Origin: Promethearchaeota archaeon
GTDB taxonomy: Archaea; Asgardarchaeota; Lokiarchaeia; Sigyniarchaeales; SOKP01
NCBI GenBank assembly: GCA_030599585.1
Contig: JAUVNS010000002.1
Span: 345,282 to 409,281, forward strand
Reading direction: 5' to 3'
Length of the DNA stretch: 64,000 bases
Part shown: piece after piece, positions 10,624 through 20,900 of the stretch
Layout: each line of letters opens with the position of its first letter
How positions within the stretch are numbered: the stretch's first letter is position 1
Program-made: the position numbers and the translations under genes
Notes under the pieces: model-generated
Database searches by the model: none
Told to the model about the DNA's origin: nothing
Seen by the model: the letters and a program-made list of their open reading frames with translations, nothing else

Positions 10624-10770
10624 TTATAAATTGGCGCAAAAGCCAGAGAACGGACAAACATCGCACTTAGAATCGATTTTTTTGTTAATGTAAATTCCTA
10701 TGATCTTTAATCTTGAATCTGGGGGGTTACGAACAAAAAAATCAGTGTCACAACCAAATGTGAGAATCAT
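10624..10770 (-). CDS. Putative 48-aa Cys-motif microprotein
   Basis: MILTFGCDTDFFVRNPPDSRLKIIGIYINKKIDSKCDVCPFSGFCANL*; CxxCPFxxxC motif; below the ORF-track cutoff. Confidence 0.35.
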   Translation of the reverse strand: MILTFGCDTDFFVRNPPDSRLKIIGIYINKKIDSKCDVCPFSGFCANL

Positions 10771-10852
10771 TGTTCAGTCGATATTGAGGAACAGCATACG
10801 AATGTTCCCGAAACTGTTTAAGGAAATAAATTAGTAATAAGAGAAAGGATAG

Positions 10853-10953
10853 GGCTCGGTACGGGAATCGAACCCGTCTCTAGGGATTCACAGTCCCCAA
10901 TACTATCCATTTTACGGAGCTAGCTTTCTAAACCCCTCTATACAAACCGAGCC
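10853..10953 (-). tRNA. tRNA-His(GUG) with encoded G-1 and a 28-nt D-loop intron (about 10910-10937)
   Basis: Acceptor GCTCGGT/ACCGAGC with G-1:C73; anticodon arm GGGGA-CTGTGAA-TCCCT; T-arm ACGGG-TTCGATT-CCCGT; extra 28 nt in the D-loop; no encoded CCA. Confidence 0.92.
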
Positions 10954-11056
10954 TTAGTTACAGTTTATAATATTACCCACTAAAAAAATCTTTTGAGTCA
11001 AGAACAAAAAAATGTGTAGTTAAAAAAAAATTAAAAAGCGCAAGAAAAATTTAACC

Positions 11057-11917
11057 TCATATAATAGTAATAGAATCTTTTATTAAAGCGTCTGGAATTG
11101 ATATTAAAGGGTTTCCTTTTAATTGTAATTGATTTAATAATTTTAACTCGACGATAGAGCTTGGTAATTCTTTTAACTTATTCCCCCCCAATTTCAGAGT
11201 ACCCAACGATTTCATCTTTCCAATTGTGGTGGGTAATTGTTCCAAACAATTATTTGATAAGCAAAAGTAGCTCAAGTTTTTGAGATTTCCAACCGACTCA
11301 GGTATTGATTTCAACCGATTGTTTCTTAGTGTTGTTTCAGTTAAACCCTCGAGCCTGCCGAAACCTTCAGGCAGTTTTTCCAACTTATTGTTCTTCAAGT
11401 AAAAGGTTTTTAGAGATTTTAGTTCCCCTATTGCCTCAGGTAGCGCTTTAAGACGATTACTGGACAAAGCTAAATGGTGAAGATTTATTAAACATCCAAC
11501 TGAACTCGGTATTGAAACGATGTTGTTTTCGGCCAAATTTAGGCTATGCAGTGAGGTGACTTTTGTTAGAGGTTCAGGAAAAACTCTTAACCTGTTACCG
11601 GCTATACTGAGAACTTCTAAGAATTTCAGTTTTTCGATTGCAATGGGGATAATTCCGATTGCATTTCTATCTAAATCTAATTCTCTTAACTTTGAAAACT
11701 TCCAAACAACAAGAGGAATTGAGGATAACCGACATGATACCAAACTAAGCTCCTTGATATTCCCGCCTTCAATCTCGAGGAAGATGCGACTCGAATTACC
11801 GTCTCGCTTTTTTTCGAAATTATTGCTTATCAAATTGTCTAATTCCAAAAGGTCATAGTATTCTTGCGAACTTAACCGCTCTTTACCCTCAAAATCTAAA
11901 TCTCTTATGTTTTTCAT
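11057..11917 (-). CDS. Leucine-rich repeat protein (about 9 23-aa repeats), candidate immunity protein
   Basis: Repeated LxxLxLxxNxLxxLPxxIGx; no signal peptide; starts 78 bp after the giant ORF's stop. Confidence 0.9.
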   Translation of the reverse strand: MKNIRDLDFEGKERLSSQEYYDLLELDNLISNNFEKKRDGNSSRIFLEIEGGNIKELSLVSCRLSSIPLVVWKFSKLRELDLDRNAIGIIPIAIEKLKFLEVLSIAGNRLRVFPEPLTKVTSLHSLNLAENNIVSIPSSVGCLINLHHLALSSNRLKALPEAIGELKSLKTFYLKNNKLEKLPEGFGRLEGLTETTLRNNRLKSIPESVGNLKNLSYFCLSNNCLEQLPTTIGKMKSLGTLKLGGNKLKELPSSIVELKLLNQLQLKGNPLISIPDALIKDSITII

Positions 11918-11995
11918 AGGTAAATAAAAAAAAGTAATTTATGATAATTTAATTATAGCTGTGCCAAAATTTAATAATTTGCGATTTTGGTGTTT

Positions 11996-14900
11996 TCACA
12001 TCAAACCTCGACTTTCTAATTTTTGTCTTATGTCTTTTATGATGGAAGTGACCCAGTCTTCTGTAATCCATTTCTTATCGATCATCTGTTGAATAGTGTA
12101 AGTCTCCCCTCCATGGTTCATCTTAAGAAAATCTACCTTTGAAGTATCGACTACCCACTTCCCGTTCTCAAACACATATCTATTAGGGCCTTTATAGGAA
12201 TATGCTATTCTGTCGTTATTTTCCCATTCGTTGACAAATTCTATAAGGCGTTCTATATAGAGATCTTGAGCGGATTGTTCCCAGTACGATGGCGGCCTTG
12301 CAGCTTGGAAATCATTGCGCATCATACGCATTCGAGAATAATAATCTAGATTTTTCCTCGGTTCCAAGCTTGTGAATTTGTAATGCAAATCCCCCATCAT
12401 AATAAGATCCATTACGTCGTTTACCGTTTTATCGAAGTCAATGTGATGTCTAAATTTATTATTTTCGACATCATAGTTTTGGATTCCCTCTCCACGCCGC
12501 CCAGCTGGTAATAAACCTCCTTGATAAAGGAGTAATTCAACCCAATGCTTAGCTATAGTTGCTACTTTATAAAAATCGTCATGATAATCAACTTTTGTAG
12601 AATCAAGCAATTTTGGTTCATATCTAAGGTAAATATCATGAACCCCAGGATAATTTCTTTGATTGTCGGCATAAAAATCTCTAAAAGTTTTTTGCATAAG
12701 TATAGCTTGACCTTTCCTAATAGATTTGCTCAAGTCTGATACGAAATCTTCGAGGTTGTTAACTACACCCATATTATTTATATTCTTAACTTGTCCAGAA
12801 AGATATGAACTAGTTGTAGACGCTACCGTTCCTAATCCAATTCTATTATTGATCTCTGATACATCTAAGTATATCGATCCATGATATATATCAGATAGAT
12901 GCCAACTAGCAAGCAACATTACTTTTTGAAGAGGTTTGACTTCTTCATTAACAAGAAAACTGTTAGAAGCGCAGTATCTATTAATGGCTAATAAGGCTTC
13001 TTGAACTGATCTAGCTACTAACTTAGATTCTATACTATCTGAAATCCTAGATTCGCCCAAATTCTCTAACATAAATTCAGCAGACGATTTCCTGTATAAA
13101 CCGTAAATCATTCTGAGTAAATGTTCGGTTTTGACTACGCGCCCTAGTACTTGGGATCTTGAAAAAAGTCCGAAAAATTCGTTTAACCTGTTAATCGAAG
13201 GCCCGTGACCGTCCCTATTGGCAGGATCATGCTGGATTGCAAGCCTAAGATCCCCTAATAGTTTATCTACGTCAGGATTTTGATTCTGTAAGCCAATTTG
13301 TCTTCTATAATTCATTAATAATTCTTTAAATGCTTTCTTTGTTTCCTCTGTAAATTGTGGATCTTGATCTACACTAAATATCCATTTGTAAAGCTGGTTA
13401 TCAGTCCATAAGATGTTTACTCCGTTCTCTAAAGACAAGCGGGTAGTTCTAAATGCATCTCGACGTTGATTCAATGCTATAGCAAGCGGTCGCTCCTCAG
13501 TAATGCTTAAAATGTTTTTAATATCATTGAGTAAGATGTTCGTAGGATGATCTTCCCAATTTTCGTAACTATGGAAGTAATCAATAGTAACAGCCACTTC
13601 CGCTACGTAAATTTTACTGTCGATGTTATGATGGTTTTCTTCTAGCCAATCTGCAAGATTAGTAACGCGGTCTACAGGAATGGAAATGAGTTGAAAATCA
13701 TCGGAAATTATATACATCTTATAATTGCCGCTCACACCGAAATAAGTCAAAATCTCGTTTAATTTGTCTAAAGTGCTCATATCTGCTCTAAAAGCGTTCT
13801 GAACTAAAGAACGAGAGGCTTGGCTCTTTTTATGAATTAACACAAAATTGGGATCGTAGAATTCTAATCCGAACATATCTAAGAATCGCAAATTTGTAAC
13901 CCCTTCTTTAGCAAGTGCGTCTTTAATGATTTGAATTGTCTCTTTTTCTGCTTTTTGGACTCCAATCTTATTGTAATTTTTCTGGATTTGTCTAAATAGT
14001 TCTTTATATCCTCTAAATCTCTCTTCTTTTAATAGATACTTCTCGATCCATTCGTTAAAATATGGATCAAAGGCAAGTGTGTTAAACTTGTTAGCGAGAT
14101 TTTCTTTTTGAGTTCTACTATCGGGATTAATCTGACGAAGAGCAGTAACCGATGGAATGTTTTCTTTATTGGAGCCTTCTTGCGGTGCCTTAAATAGCTC
14201 GTGAAGGGCTTGAGGATCAACTTCCGAGGGTTGCTTTGTTTCTTGTCCAAAGTTTATGGTGTCAATATCTCCGACAATACTTATTAGGTTCTTTTTTCTT
14301 CTGTTGTGTCGCCACGACTTGAGATTAGCCATGGAAAGAGGCGACGCTTTTATTGAGCTGCCGACCATTTTCTTCAGACCGGAGAGCGCAGCGAAACTGA
14401 AGGTGCCGAAAAAGACGGCTGGAAGCGTCATAAACAACCCTTTAAGGAAGTTGCTTTCTAACAGCTTGCCCAACGAGCCCTTATTTTCTGCTGCTTCTTG
14501 CATTGCTTTCTGTTTTTGTTCGAAATCGGAGTTTATTTGCTGTTGAATCTCTGTCATTGACTGACCCGAAACGAGACCTTGTATAAGAGTAATTACGCTT
14601 TTTGAACTTATTGGAGCGCCTAGAACTAACTGGCCCATGGCTCCTTTTACTTCTCTGGCGGAGGTTGATAACGAAGACAACCAGAATCCTAAGTCGTCAG
14701 AGCCGCCTAATATACTTACGACGTTTTCGATTAGTGCTTCTCTAAATCCGTCTTGAATTATTTCTTCGAATACTTCTTGTATTGCACCTTTAACCGCACC
14801 TGTAAGACCTCCAAGAAGCGATTTTGATTGCTTTGCAATAAGCATCGCAACGCCTTTAGCTCCTGCCTCCGACGCTAATTTGCCTACGGCTGCTTGAGCC

Positions 14901-17900
14901 GCCCAAGAACCAAAATACGCTAAGGGAGCGCTTATTAACGTAGACCAGAACGTTAGAGTCTCCGTATAGGAAATCTCTGAAATCATATTAGCACTAATTT
15001 CTGCGAATGTATACTGACTGAAATAGTCCATAATGGTGTAAGAAGTAGCTTGAGCTAAAGCAAGTCGACTGGTTTCGTCGGTGGTGTCGGGAATAAATCT
15101 TTCGAATTCGATTCGAATTTTGTAGAATATAGTCTCATCGACCAATTTGCTAGCCCACGATTGAGCCAAGAAGTCTTCGAATCCTGAATATTTTTCCGAA
15201 ACGAGCGCTTCTATAGACTTAGTAAAGTATAGATTACCTCCATCGACCGTGTAGTCAGAATCGTTAACTAGTATGTCTTGAGCAAAATAATCGTTTAGGT
15301 GAACTTCTTCTTGAACAACGTCGATAAACACGGACGTAATGTTGTATTCGAAACCGTTATCGTTAAGAGGAACTTTCGCTCCATACAGAGCCGATTCTAC
15401 GTCGTCCATGGCATAAGCGTTAATCCCAGAAGTCTTATCGTAATCCTTACATCGAACGGTCACAGTAAGTTTTCCTAGCGCAGGTTGGATTTGGTCGAAT
15501 CGAGCTTGGCTTAGAACCACGGGTCGATACAAAATCGATAGCGGTAAGATAGTTTCTTGGATGGTGCTATTGATAAATTCGTAGCTCGGTGCTCCGTCTA
15601 TGCAATTAGGCTTTATAGCATCGAACGATCCTCCTGATTTTTCCATGACGATGGTCTCAAGCGCGCCTAAGGTGTTGAACGAGTGTAAGTTGTAATCGTT
15701 AAACAAGAATTCGGTGTTGTGGTAAGTGTAAAATGGTTTGGTGTTGTAATAAGGGAGCTCGCTTGTCATAAGTAAATAATCTAAATTGATGTCATCGTAA
15801 TCGAGGGCGGTGTAAGAATCAGGATTGGAACCTCCCATGTCCCAAATGTTTTCCCATAATAAATCTAAAAATCCTCCAAAAGAGTTCCATATTCGAAGTG
15901 GATTTGGAGGACTTACTAACAACTGCCCGGTATAAGTAGTCCCAGAATCCTTGCCACTCACGGTAGCGTAATATCCTCCTGGATGAGCTAATAGCGCTGC
16001 TGCCATCGTGTCTTGAAGAACTCTATCAAAAAGATTTTTTTCGTTGAGCGAAACCGGTTCTTGTGGTCCGCTTGAACTTGGGTAAAATGTGTCGGCCCGT
16101 TCTATGGATTGTGCCATGTGAAGTTTTCGATCGATGTTAAATTTTGTCATTAAAGTATATATAACAAGGTAAGTTAGCGTTCCCGCAGCTCGACCCGCAG
16201 CCTCTCCCGCTGCAATAGCTGCAAGAGTTCCTACGCCTAATGTCGCCGCTATACCAGCAGCAGTGACCATCGACGCAACTATAGCTGCTACTACCGCGCT
16301 CGCAATAGCCGCAGTTGTTGTCATAAAGACTTGTTCTATAATATCACCTACTAATTGTTCTCTGTAAGTCTCCCACGCTCTTGCGTAAGATTTGTGTCTA
16401 ATTTCGTAAAATAACTCGGTAAATTTAGGGTTTTTTTGGCTCGTTTCAGAAGTTTTGTAAATTTCGAAGATTTGATCTTTTGGTTTGTATTCTTTCCAGA
16501 ATTTATCGTCTTCGTTTAAAATATCGAATAACAAATCGTTATTTTTTAAATTGTCGAAGTTATAAATCCAATCAGAACCAAACATTTCAGTCTTTCTTCC
16601 GAGGTTGCTAAAATCGGTAATTGTGTTTTCTACTTGATCTAACTTTTCGTAGGGAGCAAAATCGTGTATGCCGTCGTAGTTCATTCCTATCGATATTACG
16701 TCGTATTTAGGAATTACTAATCTGCTTACCGTGTATAAGTTGCCAACTATGTACACTGTCTCGTAATAACCGTTAAGATCTGAATCTATGAAAAAGTAGC
16801 TACCTGAAGTTTTAGCAGATCCGTCCAAAAACGCGTCTTTATCAGAAGTGTAATAAACTTGACCGTCTGCCGGAGTGACCATAGCTCCAGTCACCTCAAA
16901 TTCAACCCAACCGTCGTTCTCTACGCTAGATTTAGATATTTTACCGAAATCGTTGTATAACGAATACCTATTTGGGATGCGAAGAATAATAGTCTTTTCG
17001 AAATAATTTGTGGAATAAGAAATTTCTCCATCTTCGTCAAATACTTGAAGAGAGTCGTATTTTATTGGAACGTTGTCTGAACTCCAAGTTGGACCCGTCC
17101 AAGTGATGTTTGCGGGACTCGCGTAAGGAAGTTCAGGATCGAAAATTATTTGTGATTGGGCGTTAGTGTCGATGTTAGTGACCGAGTGTTGATTGGAAAC
17201 ATCTTCAAAGAACCCTTCGACGCTTTCAACTTCGTTGTTTTTAAAGTCGTCCTTGTAAACCCTTTGTTCTTCAACCTCTCCTTCGTTATAATCAATAAAG
17301 GTTAAAGTCGAATATTCAACGGTGTCTACGTACGAAGTAGTGACATTTTCAGTAAATTTTCTATAAGTTGTGCTCAAAGTAGGAGCGTTCATGATGGCCC
17401 CAAGGTTTGCCGTGCTAAAATCGTTAGAATCGAGGTGTTCTTTCGTAAGAAATTCGTTAAATACAAAATCGTCTTTTGATCCAAACAAGGAAGCGGCGCT
17501 TTTCATTATATATTCGCCTAAAAAGATTAATACGTTCTGAAGTTTTGCAGCGAGTATTGTTTCTTTAAATTCCGTTACCTCGTAATATATGCTAACTTCG
17601 GTAGTCTCAAAGTTGGTAGATTCGTCTACCGTTCCGTCTCGGTCTTCGTCTACTTGCACGCTGTAGAAATTACTTTTAACGTGTTCTTCCTTGTTTATTT
17701 GCCTCTGCGTCGATTTCTGAGCCCAATAGTCAACATCTGGAAGCATCATCTTAGAAAGCGTGTAAAGCATTAACGGTATTATCAAGACTGATAATAATAG
17801 TTTGGCCATGTTAGGATCGTAATTGGCGAAAGTTTGATCGTCTACATCGAACCAATCTGTTCTTAGTTTTTCTTCTAAGTTTTTAGAGGCTTTTATCTCT

Positions 17901-20900
17901 CGATTCTCGAAATCTTGAATGACCGTATACCAATAAATCTCGCCTGAACCTTCTGGATCGTCTATACCGTATTTAATTATATCTGGAACGCCATCTCCAT
18001 CAATGTCGATCGTTTGCTTGTAATCGGATTCTCCGTCCATGTCAATGTCTGCTACATATATTATGGAGGTATCGTCGTAATATACTTCGAAATTATCGAA
18101 TTTTTCAGATGTGTAACCAATAAATTGACTTTCAGAACTAATGTCGGGGTTTCGAGAGAAACTAATTGATTCAAAAGAAGTGCTTTCGCTGGTAATAGTA
18201 TCAGATCCTTCAGCAAACAACGGAACGCCCGATTCAGATCTGAAATTGTAATCAATATCTACCGAACTGTAAAAAGTCTCGGTCTGATCTGATAAGTAGG
18301 TTTGGTTAAAATTATCGAGTAAAAATATTTCGGTATAGGTAGAAATTGGGGCGTACGAATAATTTACTATTGCTGTAATTTGATCAAAAACGTCCAGAAG
18401 ACCGTCATCCGAGTTCAGATCAATAATTGTTAAGTTGTTAGTTGTTTCGTCAAAATTTAGGCTAAAATTGACGTTATTTGTCAACATTTCCGTGTCAAAG
18501 GTAGGCGTTAATCCGATCACTTGATACAAACTAAGGTTAACAAAGTCGTTTTCGAAAGTAAGGTTGCCAAGGTCAAAAGTATGGGTGTATTCAGAAATTT
18601 CGGTGTATACTGAAAAAGTCTCGTAATAATATTGGACTACTCGATATTCCGATTCTTCTTTAAAAGAGTAAGCGATATTTTCGTAGGAGTGCGATGTGCT
18701 AAACTCTGAAAGCCAATCGTAATGCTCAGGTTTTAATAAGTAGTTGCAATCGTATACCGCCCTAATCGAGTCGAGATCGATGTTTTGCTCGTCAATTCGA
18801 ATAGATTCGGTCCAAGACGTGTTTGTAGCGTATTCAAAGAATAGGGTTGAATTAGCCTCGATTATTAAAGGTTCTTCAAATTCCATACCAAAATATTCTG
18901 GGTATTGGTTAAACGATGGGTTCCAGGTAAATGTATTGTTTGAAGGTTCAAAGTGTAATTGGTGATCGTTTCCGGTAATTCCTGCCGAATAATAATTGCC
19001 TTCCTTGTCGTATATGGTCAAATAATCTAACCAAGTACTATCAAGGTAAAACATTGGCAATTTATCGAGAACGAGTTGATAGGAATCGTCTTCAGGATCG
19101 GAATCGGATGTAAACATTTCGTGCTCTGAATATTGCCACACCCGACTATCTACGCTACCAAACGCGTCTGATGCCTCGTACGATTGTTCTAAAAGCACAA
19201 TTTCGCTTATAGTCAACTCGTATGTAGGGTTAGGCACAGAAATAACTATATTACTGAAGTCTAACTCGTCAACTCCTTCTGAACTAAATAAGGAAGTTAA
19301 GTTAAGCTCTATCTTAACCGCCTTCACTCTTCCGTTAAATTCGGTATCAAATGGAGTAATTTCTAATGGAACTTGGTAATAATAATCGGCGGTAAATTCG
19401 GAATAAGAACCGGTAGAATTGGCGTTAATTAACAACAGCTCCGCTTTAGGAAGGTCTGGGTGCGAATCGTAGTTATATCCCTTGCTTTCGAAGTAAGCTT
19501 TACCGATACCTACGGCTATTCCTCTCTTTACTGGAGAGCTATATTTTAGGACTATCACTTGATCGTCCTTAAAGCTACCCCTTTCGCTGGTATTGTTGTT
19601 GAAATAAATCGTCGGAACGTGTAAAGTGTAAATATCGTTTTCAAATGTATAAGTTATGTTATTTGAGAAAGAAAGAAGTTCCAACATGTCGTTAAATACG
19701 TAAGCTAGATGAGTCCCGTTAACCATAAGGTCACTTTCTAACGCGATGTGCATGTATTCGATTTCATCTTCCATAAAGGATACGAGTTCGCTATCCCATT
19801 CAACAGTTTGTATTCTGATAATACCTTTAAGGTTGTCTTGAGAGTATTTTTCGTCGCTCCTAAATTCTGGAGTAAATCTTATCGTTTCTAAGGTGTTTGT
19901 GCTAGTAGGCAAATCAACTTTTAGGGTGTAATCTACCATAATTAATTCTTCAGCGGTGATAACTTTTGTTAATTGCGTCATTAAGCCTGAATTATCGAAA
20001 AGTTCGATCGTGACGTATTCTAAACTTTCTATGTTTTTTATATTGGTGTCTAAATACAAAACAAGGTAATCTCCGTTGTGTAGTCCTGTAAGCATATCTT
20101 GATCGTAATTCTGCAATTCTTGAGAAACGTTGAATTCTAATTGATCTCCTTCTTTAAGATAGGCAGCAACTTGAGACGCTTGACAAACTATGTTCTGCAA
20201 GGTAGATTTGTTCTCGTTCATGAAGTATGGAGCGTCTAAGTTAGGTATCACGCTAAAATTTTGTGCGTTTATAATGTTCCAACTTGTTACGTTTAATGTT
20301 GATGTAATTCCTTCCGTGGGATCGTACGAGAATTGGTAACTATTTAGTTCTTTATCGATATTATTTGATATAAACGATACGAAGAATTCTTTGTTCGCCC
20401 GAATTGAAGATACCAAACTGTTTTCATCGTTTTTGATGGTTATTTTTCTAGAGTCAACATCTACTGAATAGTGAATAGAATCTAAGAATATCATCTTGCC
20501 TCTTGCGTTGAAATAAAACACGCTTATCGCCTCCTCTCCTTCAGCTTCGATAATATCGACGTAATTATCTAATTCTGGGCTCATCATATCGTATACATAT
20601 CCTGAAACGGAACTATCAAAAAATTCAGAGCTTATCTCGAATCTCTCTTCGTAGTAATCTCTGCTATTTAGCCGATAACTTAAGTATAAGTTGTATATGT
20701 TGTCGATCGAAAGGCTGTATTCGAAAGGTGTAATTATGGAACCTCCGCTTAATTTTCGGTATTTTTCCCGATAAGTGTTTAACGAGTCTAAAGTCGTCTC
20801 AAATAGGTTTGTCCACGGATAAGTAACCATTATGAAGTGTTTGCGATCGATTAACCCTGGTTGAAGTTTATATTTGTATTTTAACTCAACATTTGTGTTA

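Noticed and set aside
783-11858. Alternative overlapping ORFs in the host region (783, 1231, 2331, 2828, 4891, 6742, 7864, 8890, 11520)
   Set aside because: Each overlaps a better-supported gene and lacks motifs.
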